Source: Bacteroidia bacterium (GTDB lineage Bacteria; Bacteroidota; Bacteroidia; Flavobacteriales; Flavobacteriaceae). Taken from it: a stretch of DNA of 64,000 nt. Where the stretch lies: NCBI GenBank assembly GCA_046566705.1, contig JBKHWE010000024.1, positions 10,542 through 74,541 on the forward strand, read 5' to 3'. The notes below the pieces were generated by a model that saw only the letters and a program-made list of their open reading frames with translations, made no database searches and had not been told where the DNA came from. Of this stretch, positions 8,083-17,785 are shown piece after piece (position 1 is the stretch's first letter; each line of letters starts with the position of its first letter). The position numbers and the translations under genes are program-made.

Positions 8083-9582
8083 TTACAAGGCAAACCATTC
8101 TTTTAGAAGAGCATCGGTACTATGAGGTTCATTTTTGTGGACAAACTCATTACTACCTTTTATGTAATCATAATCAAGCGCCCATTCGGTAAAATTCTCT
8201 GCCATTGCTTTAATGCTTTCACATACGTATTGTATTTCGGCATTGGTAGTTGTAGGGTGAATGGACATACGTATCCATCCCGGCTTTTGCATCAGGTCGC
8301 CCAGGGTAATTTTATCGGTTAGATAATGGCTCTGCTCCTGGTCTACGTGCAGTAAAAAGTGGCCATACGTACCGGCACAACTGCACCCGCCACGGGTTTG
8401 TATCCCGAAACGGTCGTTAAGCAGCTTCACGCCAAGGTTGTAATGCAACTCATTTATATAAAACGAAATCACACCCAGCCTGTTTTGTTGCTGAGGAGCT
8501 AATATATTCAGGTTAGGGATTTCGACAAGAGTGGCAAATATATAATCGGTGATTTCTTTTTCGCGTTTCAGGATGTTATCCACCCCCATTTGTTCCTTAA
8601 GCCTTATGGCAAGCGCAGTCTTAATCACCTGAAGGAAGCCCGGCGTACCACCGTCTTCACGCTCCTCTATGTTATCCAGGTATTTATGTTCGCCCCACGG
8701 GTTCGTCCAGCTTACGGTTCCCCCACCCGGATGATCGGGTACCATATTCTTGTACAGCTTTTTATTGAACACTAGCACCCCCGCTGTACCGGGACCGCCC
8801 AAGAACTTATGCGGCGAAAAGAATATCGCATCCAGATATGCCTCAGGGTCGTTCTCCGGATGCATGTCTATGGCTACGTAAGGCGCACTACAGGCGAAAT
8901 CTACAAAACATACCCCATTGTACGCATGTACCAGTTTGGCAATTTCGTAGTATGGCGTTTTAATGCCGGTAACATTACTACATCCTGTAACCGATGCTAT
9001 TTTAAGGGTGTACTCTTTATGTTCTTCAAGCAATTTGGCAAAACTGTCCAGGCAAACCAAGCCTTGCGGGCAGGCAGGGATAACCACTACTTTTGCAATG
9101 GTTTCCAGCCATGAAGTCTGGTTGCTATGGTGCTCCATATGGGTAACAAACACCACCGGTCTTTTTTCATCCGGTATGGTAGTGTGCGCCCTTAAATTTT
9201 CAGGCACTTTAAGCCCTAATATACGTTGAAATTTATTCACCACACCCGTCATGCCCGTACCATCGGTAATCAGTACGTCGTCAGGTCCGGCATTAACGTG
9301 GTGTTTTATAATATGTCGTGCTTCGTGGTAGGCATTGGTCATTGCCGTACCGCTCACGGTAGTCTCAGTATGCGTATTGGCTACAAACGGCCCGAAATCG
9401 TTCATCATTTTTTCCTCAATAGGGCGGTACAGGCGTCCGCTGGCCGTCCAGTCGGTATATACCATTTTCTTAAGCCCGTAAGGCGATGTAAACTCCTGGT
9501 TTACACCTATGATATTCTCCCTGAATGTACAAAAATAGTCTTCAAGGGCAGACGATTGCGTTTTCTGTTCGGCTGTAAGCAT
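8083..9582 (-). CDS. aminotransferase class V-fold PLP-dependent enzyme (cysteine desulfurase-like)
   Basis: Contains a FFSPHKFLGGPG PLP-lysine motif. I preferred the ATG at 9582 (MLTAEQ) over the TTG at 9621 used by the track. Confidence 0.72.
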   Translation of the reverse strand: MLTAEQKTQSSALEDYFCTFRENIIGVNQEFTSPYGLKKMVYTDWTASGRLYRPIEEKMMNDFGPFVANTHTETTVSGTAMTNAYHEARHIIKHHVNAGPDDVLITDGTGMTGVVNKFQRILGLKVPENLRAHTTIPDEKRPVVFVTHMEHHSNQTSWLETIAKVVVIPACPQGLVCLDSFAKLLEEHKEYTLKIASVTGCSNVTGIKTPYYEIAKLVHAYNGVCFVDFACSAPYVAIDMHPENDPEAYLDAIFFSPHKFLGGPGTAGVLVFNKKLYKNMVPDHPGGGTVSWTNPWGEHKYLDNIEEREDGGTPGFLQVIKTALAIRLKEQMGVDNILKREKEITDYIFATLVEIPNLNILAPQQQNRLGVISFYINELHYNLGVKLLNDRFGIQTRGGCSCAGTYGHFLLHVDQEQSHYLTDKITLGDLMQKPGWIRMSIHPTTTNAEIQYVCESIKAMAENFTEWALDYDYIKGSNEFVHKNEPHSTDALLKEWFAL

Positions 9583-9632
9583 ACGATTTCGTGTTGTTAA
9601 GGCAAATGTAGTAAAAACCAAAACACTTTTTG

Positions 9633-10853
9633 TTATATCCCCATTTCTATCTGGAAACGTATGTACCAGTTTTGTTTAGAACTGCCATCTATGTACTTAA
9701 GATCGTCCAACGTTACTTCGCCCTGAAGTTTAAAAGAGTGTTCCCAGATGTACTTGGTAAGTCCCAGGGTATACTCTTTGGTATTTGGTGTATACGGCCG
9801 GATGTCTTTATGTACCGTCTGTGTACTGTAGCGTGCTATGACCTCATACCACGAAGTGAATAAGTAGCTACCCTGGTAGTCAAATCCCTTCCCTGTAAAT
9901 ACATAATTAAAATCGGTAGGATCCAGCGGGTTATAAGTTACAGGATTTTTAGAAGTACGCTGCATATAGGCTGTCATAAAGGAGAAGCCGTTATACTTAA
10001 GCATACCGTCGAGCAATACCGACTGCATATCTCGTTTTGCAAAAAGATCGTCGCCCAGCTGGCCCATGGTACGCCTGCCTTTATTATTATACTGATATGC
10101 TCCTGAAAGCAAAAGCTTAGGTTTTTGCTCGCGTTTCAGGTCACCCTCAAAATAAGTCCCGTCTTTACTGAATGCCCCCAGCGGGAACAGCTCTATTTTA
10201 CCGGTATAGGCAAGTCCGTTATCGGGCGCGTCGGTAGAGTTACGCCCCTCCCCCATAGATATAGCCGACTTAAAGTTATACGAAAACTTGTCTTCCCACT
10301 CGTGGAGGTTGTATACCTGTACCCCAAAATCACGGTCTATGTTAAACTTGGCATTGTTTATACTCCTGTCGGTAAGCTGTAGCGCCCCCGATGAGTTTAC
10401 ACGCTGGCGGTTACCCGGCAGCTTTGTTTGCCCAAAGGCAATGTTCCAGTTTTTATTCGGCCTGTAAATAATGGCGGCATCACGGATAATGTTCAGGTTT
10501 TCGCCTTCCTGCACCTCTCCTACATCGCCGGGTGCAAACGAAAGTTGCAATACATACAGAAAGTGCGGGTTACCCACATAACCGTCAAACCTAAGCCTTA
10601 GCCTGCGTATTTGCCCGTCTATGGCGCCTTCCTCGCCTTCGTTTTGAAGGTAAGTAGCCCGGTTTTGAATACGGAAGCGTATGTTCAGCTGGAAAAGGCT
10701 GTCGGGAGACGTAAGCCCCAGTCCTTTACCGTAACTGTAATACGGCAGCGTAGCCAGCTTAAGGTCGTTGTTAGTAGTGGTACGTTTAATGTCTATCTGC
10801 GCGAAAGCGTTGCCGCAGATAAGCGCCATTAAAATAATGCAGAGTTGTTTCAT
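9633..10853 (-). CDS. outer-membrane porin (OprO/P-like beta-barrel)
   Basis: A signal peptide MKQLCIILMALICGNAFAQ starts at the ATG at 10853. The protein has an alternating beta-strand pattern and a C-terminal aromatic residue. Confidence 0.55.
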   Translation of the reverse strand: MKQLCIILMALICGNAFAQIDIKRTTTNNDLKLATLPYYSYGKGLGLTSPDSLFQLNIRFRIQNRATYLQNEGEEGAIDGQIRRLRLRFDGYVGNPHFLYVLQLSFAPGDVGEVQEGENLNIIRDAAIIYRPNKNWNIAFGQTKLPGNRQRVNSSGALQLTDRSINNAKFNIDRDFGVQVYNLHEWEDKFSYNFKSAISMGEGRNSTDAPDNGLAYTGKIELFPLGAFSKDGTYFEGDLKREQKPKLLLSGAYQYNNKGRRTMGQLGDDLFAKRDMQSVLLDGMLKYNGFSFMTAYMQRTSKNPVTYNPLDPTDFNYVFTGKGFDYQGSYLFTSWYEVIARYSTQTVHKDIRPYTPNTKEYTLGLTKYIWEHSFKLQGEVTLDDLKYIDGSSKQNWYIRFQIEMGI

Positions 10854-11023
10854 TGCCTGTAGTGTTGTTGGCGCAAACTTACTACTAATTATTGTTTCCA
10901 AAAAAAATTAAACCATGTGGCCGGCCATTGTTTACAGTGTTTTATATGTATTTTTAAAAAAATTTACAACCCGTCCCAACCTTTACCCCCGTTTGGTGCT
11001 CTATATATAAAAACCACAACATT

Positions 11024-11578
11024 GTGATAGCAGAAACACTCATAGCAGCATGCAGGAAGTTGCAGCGCGACGCGCAGCGGCAGGTGTACGGGCTACTGGC
11101 GCCTAAACTGTACCATACCTGCAAACGGTACCTGAAGAGCGAGGAAGAAATAGAAGAGGCAATGGCCGATGCCTTCTTTACCATTTTTACCAAGCTCGAC
11201 CAACTAAAGGAAGATAAGGCGTTTGAAGCCTGGGCGCGCAAAATAGCCGTAAACCAATGCCTGCTTACGCTAAAGCGTAAAGTAAATTTTAATATCTACA
11301 TAGAAGACATGGGGCGTAGCGAAGAACCTGCACAAAGCCATACGGCCGGGCTTGAGGAGGAAGACCTGCTGCACCTGCTTACGTACCTGCCCGAGGGTTG
11401 CCGTACCGTTTTTAACCTGTTTGCCATAGAGGGCTATTCGCATAAGGAAATAGCCGCCATGCTGCACATAAGCGAAGGTACCTCTAAATCGCAACTAAAT
11501 GCTTCGCGCAGCAAGCTAAAGGAGTTAGTAAACAATGTTTATTACCAAAACGAGAACAGCCATGGAAAATCACGATAA
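11024..11578 (+). CDS. RNA polymerase sigma-70 factor, ECF subfamily
   Basis: Region 2 (AFEAWARKIAVNQCL) and the region 4 HTH (YSHKEIAAMLHISEGTSKSQL) are present. The start is GTG. Confidence 0.85.
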   Translation: MIAETLIAACRKLQRDAQRQVYGLLAPKLYHTCKRYLKSEEEIEEAMADAFFTIFTKLDQLKEDKAFEAWARKIAVNQCLLTLKRKVNFNIYIEDMGRSEEPAQSHTAGLEEEDLLHLLTYLPEGCRTVFNLFAIEGYSHKEIAAMLHISEGTSKSQLNASRSKLKELVNNVYYQNENSHGKSR

Positions 11579-14500
11579 ATTATACAAACAATTTGAGGAA
11601 GCGGCCCGAAAGGAGGAGCAAAAAGACTTTGCCCGTATGGAAGCCGTATGGAACCGCGTTGAGGAAAAACTCGACCGGAAAGAAGAACGCCGCGCCGCCG
11701 TGTGGTGGAAATATACCGGTATAGCCGCTGCCCTGCTCCTATTTATGAGCCTGGGTTATATACTGATGCAGGATGAAAAACATCCCCTGCAAAACGTAAG
11801 TCCGGCAACACAGGTAACTACGACCACAGCAATAGATACACAGAAAGTACAGGAAACGGTAAGGCCATTAAAGCCTGAGAGTACTGTAGCGTTTGAAGAT
11901 ACTGAGAAGAAGAAAAGTTTGGGCACTGTTGAGTCTGATTCTATTCATTTTAGAACAAAAAGCAAGAAAGCAATTGTCTCTATTTATCAATTAGAATCAG
12001 ATGTTCCTACCTACGACTTGAGTACAAAGGTTATAGATAGTCCCATTAACGTAAATACTAAAAAAGAAGAAGCCACTCCCCTTGTAAACGCAGTTCCGGC
12101 ACTAAACAACAACAGGCTTAATACGGCAGTGGGCGACCCATCGGCGCTGTACAGCAATAGCCTTAACAAACCGGGAGATAAAGCCTATCCGTTTGGTAAA
12201 AAGACATATAGTGGTATCATTAAAGATGAAACAGGGCAACCCCTACCAGGAGTTAATGTTGTGGTAAAGGGAACTAACATTACAGCATCTACAGATATAG
12301 ACGGGAAGTTTTCTATACAAACAGAAAAAGGTAACGACCTTGAAGTTTCTTATGTAGGCTACAACCGTAAGGACATAAAACTGGACGACAAACAGTCGGT
12401 AGAAATTGCTATGAATCCTTCGGAAGTGGCACTGAATGAAGTAGTTGTAGTGGGTTATGGTACAGCTAAGAAAAAAGAAACTACAGCAGCCGTAACTACT
12501 GTAACAACCAAAAACATAGAAGGAAGGCCAAATGCGAACGTTACCCAAACGCTTCAGGGACAGGTACCGGGACTTAATATAACCTCAGGTAGCGGTAATC
12601 CGGGTAACAATAATGGTGTTGCATCTAATGATTACAGCAGGCAGCAGTCTCGCGCTAAAAGTGGCAACCAAAGCGCTAATTTTAAAACGAATACAAAGGA
12701 TAAAGCAGTTGTGGATAACAACGGCAGAAACTCCCGAGATGGAGATATTAATACCGAAGTTTCAAACTCACTGCAAGGCCGTGTGGCTGGTGTGTATACT
12801 GATAGCCCTAATAAAACCTATGGCGGTGATACTACAATCAGAATAAGGGGACTTGGTTCCATAAATGGTAATCAGGAGCCGCTGTATGTGATAGATGGTA
12901 TACCTATGACCGGCGAAGATATGAAGAAGGTCGACCCAAATAATATAGAATCACTTAATGTGCTTAAAAATGCCAGTGCCACGGCTATATATGGTAGTCG
13001 GGCTACAAACGGCGTTACTGTTGTAAAAACGAAAAATGGCAAACCCTTTACCAAAGAGCAAATCAGGGAAAGAAGGATAGCAGAAAAAAAACGACTAAAA
13101 GAAGCCCGTGAACAAAATAAAGCATATCAAAAGCAATATAAGGAAGCTGAAAAACAACGCCTCGAAAAACAGGAAGCCGACAGAAAAGCACTTCTGAAAG
13201 AACAAGAACGCAGGCAAAGAGAGAAAATCCCTGTAGATACTGAGGAATACGAAGCGTTTGAGGAAAACAAGTTTGAAAGCCCGGCAAGCAATCCGCTGTC
13301 TACGTTTTCTATAGATGTAGATAACGCCAGCTATACTAATGTGCGAAGGTTTATAAACAACGCAGAGGTAGTACCTAAAGATGCGGTGCGTGTAGAGGAA
13401 ATGATTAACTTCTTTAAGTACAATTACCCGCAGCCGTCGTCGGTACATCCGTTCTCTATTAATACCGAGTACAGCGACTGCCCGTGGAATCCTAAGCACA
13501 AGCTACTGAAAATTGGCCTGCAGGGCAAAGACATACCCGCAAAGGAACTGCCCGCAAGTAACTTCGTATTTCTTATAGACGTAAGCGGATCCATGAACGC
13601 GCAAAATAAGTTGCCTTTGCTTAAAGAAAGCATGAAGATATTGGTAAAAAATATGCGCCGTGAAGACCGTATAGCCATAGTAGTATATGCCGGCGCAGCA
13701 GGTCTTGTACTCCCTGCCACGCGTGGCGATGAAAAGCAAACCATAATCAATGCGCTCGATAAACTATCTGCAGGTGGCAGTACCGCAGGCGGCGAAGGCA
13801 TTGAGTTGGCTTACAAAATAGCCCAGGAAAACTTTGTAAAAAGCGGCAACAACCGTGTTATCCTGGCTACCGATGGCGACTTTAATGTGGGTCGCACGTC
13901 TAACACTGATATGCAGACCCTGATTGAAGAAAAACGCAAAAGCGGTGTGTTCCTTACCTGCCTGGGCTGCGGCATGGGTAACTATAAAGACAGCAAACTT
14001 GAAACGCTATCCGATAAAGGTAACGGTAACTACGCCTACATAGACAACATGCAGGAAGCCGATCGTTTCCTGGATAAAGAGTTTAAAGGCTCTATGTATG
14101 CCATTGCCAAAGATGTAAAAATTCAGATAGAGTTTAACCCGAGCCATGTGCAGGCTTATCGTCTTATTGGCTACGAAAACCGCAAGCTGCGAAATGAGGA
14201 TTTTGCTAATGATGCCATAGACGCGGGCGAACTGGGCAGCGGGCATACCGTTACGGCACTGTACGAAATTATCCCGCCGGGTGTGGAGAACGATTTTGTA
14301 AAAGCCCCTGAACTGAAATACAGCCAGGTACAGCAAAACGGCAGCAGGTATAGCAGTGAGTTGGCAACGATAAAATTCCGGTATAAAAAACCTGACGGTG
14401 ATAAGAGCACCGAAATTGTACATACCATAGCCGATACCGCAGTACCAATGAACATTGCTTCGGGCGACTTTAAGTTTGCGGCAGCTGTGGCATGGTTTGG

Positions 14501-14636
14501 GTTAAAGCTCAGGGATAGTAAACTGGTACCAAACAAGGACACTGAAGCCATTAAAAAACTCGCCACTGAAGGACTGCCGAATGATACGGATGGGTATAGG
14601 GCCGAGTTCATTCGCCTTGCCGGAAGGATAGAGTAA
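11562..14636 (+). CDS. chimeric membrane protein: anti-sigma-like N-terminus/TM + CarboxypepD_reg + TonB-plug-like module + charged coiled coil + vWA (YfbK-like) domain
   Basis: The start overlaps the sigma gene stop (an alternative ATG lies at 11535). Recognisable parts are the TM segment GIAAALLLFMSLGYILM, CarboxypepD_reg (GVNVVVKGTNITASTDIDGKFSI), plug (IRIRGLGS..PLYVIDGIP..LKNASATAIYGSRATNGV) and MIDAS DVSGSM. Confidence 0.7.
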   Translation: MENHDKLYKQFEEAARKEEQKDFARMEAVWNRVEEKLDRKEERRAAVWWKYTGIAAALLLFMSLGYILMQDEKHPLQNVSPATQVTTTTAIDTQKVQETVRPLKPESTVAFEDTEKKKSLGTVESDSIHFRTKSKKAIVSIYQLESDVPTYDLSTKVIDSPINVNTKKEEATPLVNAVPALNNNRLNTAVGDPSALYSNSLNKPGDKAYPFGKKTYSGIIKDETGQPLPGVNVVVKGTNITASTDIDGKFSIQTEKGNDLEVSYVGYNRKDIKLDDKQSVEIAMNPSEVALNEVVVVGYGTAKKKETTAAVTTVTTKNIEGRPNANVTQTLQGQVPGLNITSGSGNPGNNNGVASNDYSRQQSRAKSGNQSANFKTNTKDKAVVDNNGRNSRDGDINTEVSNSLQGRVAGVYTDSPNKTYGGDTTIRIRGLGSINGNQEPLYVIDGIPMTGEDMKKVDPNNIESLNVLKNASATAIYGSRATNGVTVVKTKNGKPFTKEQIRERRIAEKKRLKEAREQNKAYQKQYKEAEKQRLEKQEADRKALLKEQERRQREKIPVDTEEYEAFEENKFESPASNPLSTFSIDVDNASYTNVRRFINNAEVVPKDAVRVEEMINFFKYNYPQPSSVHPFSINTEYSDCPWNPKHKLLKIGLQGKDIPAKELPASNFVFLIDVSGSMNAQNKLPLLKESMKILVKNMRREDRIAIVVYAGAAGLVLPATRGDEKQTIINALDKLSAGGSTAGGEGIELAYKIAQENFVKSGNNRVILATDGDFNVGRTSNTDMQTLIEEKRKSGVFLTCLGCGMGNYKDSKLETLSDKGNGNYAYIDNMQEADRFLDKEFKGSMYAIAKDVKIQIEFNPSHVQAYRLIGYENRKLRNEDFANDAIDAGELGSGHTVTALYEIIPPGVENDFVKAPELKYSQVQQNGSRYSSELATIKFRYKKPDGDKSTEIVHTIADTAVPMNIASGDFKFAAAVAWFGLKLRDSKLVPNKDTEAIKKLATEGLPNDTDGYRAEFIRLAGRIE

Positions 14637-14657
14637 TATTTTAAACCAACCAAGTGT

Positions 14658-14692
14658 AAATCCTGTGTAGTAGTTGCTGCACAGGATTTTTT
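14658..14692 (+). terminator. intrinsic terminator
   Basis: AAATCCTGTG .. CACAGGATTT forms a stem followed by a T-run, 22 nt after the stop of the vWA gene. Confidence 0.75.
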
Positions 14693-14802
14693 ATTTCGTA
14701 AAACCATGATTTATAATACCCTTAAGAATATTTTACAAAAGCATTACCATACCGCCCGGCACAGATACCCTAACTTTATATAAACCATAAAAAACTATTG
14801 TC

Positions 14803-15597
14803 ATGGGACTTACTGCCACAAAACAAAATTTTAGCAAATATGATGTATCGGGTACTGACCCGAACCGTTATGCCTCGGTAAGCAATGCTTCCGAAGCCGA
14901 CAGCTACCTGCATAAGCACAGAAAAAGCAATGTGCCCGGCCTAAGGGTAAACATCAGCACTACCGAGCGGATACTGATGATAGCCGCGGGCGGATACCTG
15001 TTGTACCGCGCCATAAAAAAAGATGACAAGGCAAAAGTAACAGAAGCCATATCTGGAGGAACAATGCTCCTGCGTGGGCTTAGCGGCTACTGCCCTGCCT
15101 ATGATGCCATGGAACACAGCAAGGCTTTTAAGGGCAAAAACGTAAACATACGCACATCATTTACCGTAAATAAACCGGTAGATGAGGTATACAATGCCTG
15201 GCGTAACCTGGAACAACTGCCCCAGTTTATGACACACCTGGAAAGTGTTACCGCCATTGACGATTTTAAATCAGAATGGGTAGCAAAAATTAACGGCATT
15301 CCGGGAGCCAGCGTAAAATGGCGCGCGGAGATACTTATGGATGAGCCTAATGAAATACTGAGTTGGCATTCGTTGCCCGAATCAGGTATAGACAATGCGG
15401 GCAAGATACGCTTTACCGACAACGGCGACAGTACCGATGTGGATGTAACCATATCCTACCATGCACCGCTAGGAAAAGCCGGTGAAGCCATAGGCAGCTA
15501 CCTTACGCCGGTATTTGAAAGGCTAATAAAGAAAGATATTGAAGGCTTTAAAACCTACATAGAAAACGGTGTTATGCCTGAAACTGAAACTACGTAG
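14803..15597 (+). CDS. DUF2892 (YgaP-like TM) + SRPBCC (cyclase/dehydrase-like) protein
   Basis: 264 aa with a LSGYCPAYD motif after a TM hairpin. The C-terminal half resembles polyketide cyclase/SRPBCC ligand-binding folds. Confidence 0.6.
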   Translation: MGLTATKQNFSKYDVSGTDPNRYASVSNASEADSYLHKHRKSNVPGLRVNISTTERILMIAAGGYLLYRAIKKDDKAKVTEAISGGTMLLRGLSGYCPAYDAMEHSKAFKGKNVNIRTSFTVNKPVDEVYNAWRNLEQLPQFMTHLESVTAIDDFKSEWVAKINGIPGASVKWRAEILMDEPNEILSWHSLPESGIDNAGKIRFTDNGDSTDVDVTISYHAPLGKAGEAIGSYLTPVFERLIKKDIEGFKTYIENGVMPETETT

Positions 15598-15617
15598 TTA
15601 TATTATACTACTTCCTT

Positions 15618-15654
15618 AAAAGCGGTTGACCTATTAATGGCAGCCGCTTTTTTT
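15618..15654. terminator. bidirectional hairpin terminator between convergent genes
   Basis: AAAAGCGGTTG .. CAGCCGCTTTT forms a stem flanked by A and T runs. It overlaps the Nudix gene stop. Confidence 0.6.
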
Positions 15655-16108
15655 ATGAGAGGATAATCATCATTTCATCTAAAAAAGCGGCCTGCCGCTC
15701 GTTAATAAGCCGTTTGGCTTCAGTGTAGGAAAACCATCCGGCCTTATCCACTTCCGGGAATGATTTTATGATACCCGATTTAGGCGGCCATTCCATTTCA
15801 AAGGTATTACAGGTAATGGTTTCTGGGTTTAAATCACCTTCAACAGCCCAGCAGTATACGGTTTTACCGCCCTTTTGAATTACAGGCTGAAGTGCTTTAA
15901 AGGGCGATTTAGGCATACAGCCGGTTTCCTCATTAAATTCCCTCAGGGCGCAGTGCAGCAGCTCTTCATCATCATTCGGTTCACCTTTAGGTATGGTCCA
16001 CCAGCCTTCATTTTTTTTCGTAAAAAACGGGCCACCCGGGTGTACAAGTAAAAACTCCGGCCCGGCGGCAGCCATACGATACAGCAAAATGCCTGCACTC
16101 CGTTTCAT
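15653..16108 (-). CDS. NUDIX hydrolase
   Basis: The Nudix box GEPNDDEELLHCALREFNEETG is present. There is a 4-nt overlap with the upstream EcsC-like gene. Confidence 0.85.
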   Translation of the reverse strand: MKRSAGILLYRMAAAGPEFLLVHPGGPFFTKKNEGWWTIPKGEPNDDEELLHCALREFNEETGCMPKSPFKALQPVIQKGGKTVYCWAVEGDLNPETITCNTFEMEWPPKSGIIKSFPEVDKAGWFSYTEAKRLINERQAAFLDEMMIILS

Positions 16109-16755
16109 TCCTCTACAAAATAATTAATGTTTTCATCGCGGAAATATTCTTCGGCAGCCTTACCGAAGCGCGACATGGTAGTATAGTTAAATGTACCGCC
16201 CACAGCGGCACCAATGCCAAACGGAACCAGTGTACCAAGTGCCACACCTCCACGTTTAGCCCCGTATTTGGTTACGAGCTTACGTCCTATTTTCTGGTTC
16301 ATGCGGTTGCGTATACGGTCGGTAATATGCTGGTCAAAATGCTTTACGGTAATACGTTCGCCCAGGGTAATACCTGCTTTTTCGGGCAGTACCACCCCAC
16401 TCCACAGCCCGAGCACTACGGTAAACCGGTCGTCAAAATCATCCTCAGTATCCTGGCCGTAAATTAGCCCCGTACCGTAGCATAGCGACGCCATCCAGCG
16501 GAGCATAAGCAACACATCGGCTGATATAGCACCAGCCTCAATAGCTACTTGTGCCACTGTGCCCAGTCCAGGGATAACGCCGGGCAAGGCGCTCACCACC
16601 CCTACCGATGTATATTTTCGCGTAACCTGCCTACGGTATATTTTGGACAGTTCATGCCCATATACCCCGGGATGTTTTTGCTTCAAAAGGGCTATTTCCG
16701 CTCGGATCTCAGCGAAGTGCGGCATCATTTTTTTGGTAAGGGCATTAAAGTCCAT
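16105..16755 (-). CDS. EcsC family protein (putative)
   Basis: 216 aa. The segment ALPGVIPGLGTVAQVAIEAGAISADVLLMLRWMASLCYGTGLIYG resembles EcsC family proteins, by recollection only. Confidence 0.45.
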   Translation of the reverse strand: MDFNALTKKMMPHFAEIRAEIALLKQKHPGVYGHELSKIYRRQVTRKYTSVGVVSALPGVIPGLGTVAQVAIEAGAISADVLLMLRWMASLCYGTGLIYGQDTEDDFDDRFTVVLGLWSGVVLPEKAGITLGERITVKHFDQHITDRIRNRMNQKIGRKLVTKYGAKRGGVALGTLVPFGIGAAVGGTFNYTTMSRFGKAAEEYFRDENINYFVEE

Positions 16756-16840
16756 AGTACGTAAAATTTACAGTTAAAGATAAGGATTTGCTTACGGAAA
16801 CTGAAAGGTTTTAAGATGCTGTTGTGAAAATCAGGCCGAA

Positions 16841-17764
16841 ATGAATATCTTTATTCCACACAAGAAAAACCAGCTACCGTACATGGACAAAGTACTGCTC
16901 ATAGGCAACGACATAAACAACGCTACCGGAACCTATTCCTGGGAAAACCTGATTAACGGGCTTATGGACTATGCAAAAGTTGACCCCGCGATGAACCTTC
17001 AAAACAAGCCGTTCCCCATGCTGTATGAAGAAATTTACCTGAACGCGGTAAAGGCGCACGGAGCTTCGGAAGCGCGGATCAAGAAATTCATTGCATCGCA
17101 AACTCGAAACATGCAACCTAATGAGCTGCACAGCCTTGTCCTTGGCCTGGGCATAAAAAACATCCTGACAACCAATTACGACCTTTGTTTTGAGAAAACC
17201 GCTGCCTTAACCGAACAAAGCTGCCGCAACGAAGGCACAGTCCGGGAAAAGATATTCAATCTGTTTCGTCATCACAAGGCCGGGGAACATAATATCTGGC
17301 ACATACACGGCAGCCAGACCCTGCCGGGTAGCATTACCCTGGGGTATGAGCATTATGGAGGATACCTGCAGCAAATGCGCAATTACATAGTATCGGGTAC
17401 ACAAAAAACATATACCAATAAAAACTATTACTCACTAGGACAACGCTTTAAGGAAAACAAAATAACCCACGAGAGTTGGATTGACTTCCTGTTTACGCAC
17501 GATGTACACATCTTCGGGCTTAACCTTGATTTTGTGGAAATGCACCTGTGGTGGCTGCTCAGCTACCGTGCACGTGTGATTGTGGAGGGACGTTTCCCGG
17601 TAACTAATAAGATTTACTATTATTACCCTGCCAAATACGAAGAGAAATCACGCAACAAGCTGGAAATGTTCAGGGTTAGCGAAGTACAAACTGTACCCAT
17701 AAAAAATCACGACAATAAGTTAGAATACTATAAAACGGTGATAAAAAAGATTAGACGTAGTTAG
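16841..17764 (+). CDS. SIR2-like (DHS-like NAD-binding clan; SIR2_2/DUF4917-type) protein
   Basis: The motifs occur in the order LLIGNDIN, ILTTNYD, IWHIHGS, VHIFGLNLDFVEMHLWWLL, typical of SIR2_2-type proteins. An alternative start lies at 16883 (MDKVLLIGN). Confidence 0.6.
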   Translation: MNIFIPHKKNQLPYMDKVLLIGNDINNATGTYSWENLINGLMDYAKVDPAMNLQNKPFPMLYEEIYLNAVKAHGASEARIKKFIASQTRNMQPNELHSLVLGLGIKNILTTNYDLCFEKTAALTEQSCRNEGTVREKIFNLFRHHKAGEHNIWHIHGSQTLPGSITLGYEHYGGYLQQMRNYIVSGTQKTYTNKNYYSLGQRFKENKITHESWIDFLFTHDVHIFGLNLDFVEMHLWWLLSYRARVIVEGRFPVTNKIYYYYPAKYEEKSRNKLEMFRVSEVQTVPIKNHDNKLEYYKTVIKKIRRS

Positions 17765-17785
17765 GTAAAACATGTATGGTATTCG

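Noticed and set aside
14171-14707. 178-aa minus-strand ORF overlapping the 3' end of the vWA gene and its terminator
   Set aside because: It runs through a clear plus-strand terminator and is antisense to conserved vWA/DUF3520 sequence.
14706-14783. 25-codon ORF (MIYNTLKNILQKHYHTARHRYPNFI) upstream of the SRPBCC gene
   Set aside because: It has no regulatory codon run, no following terminator and no conservation clue, so it is probably a chance ORF in a promoter region.
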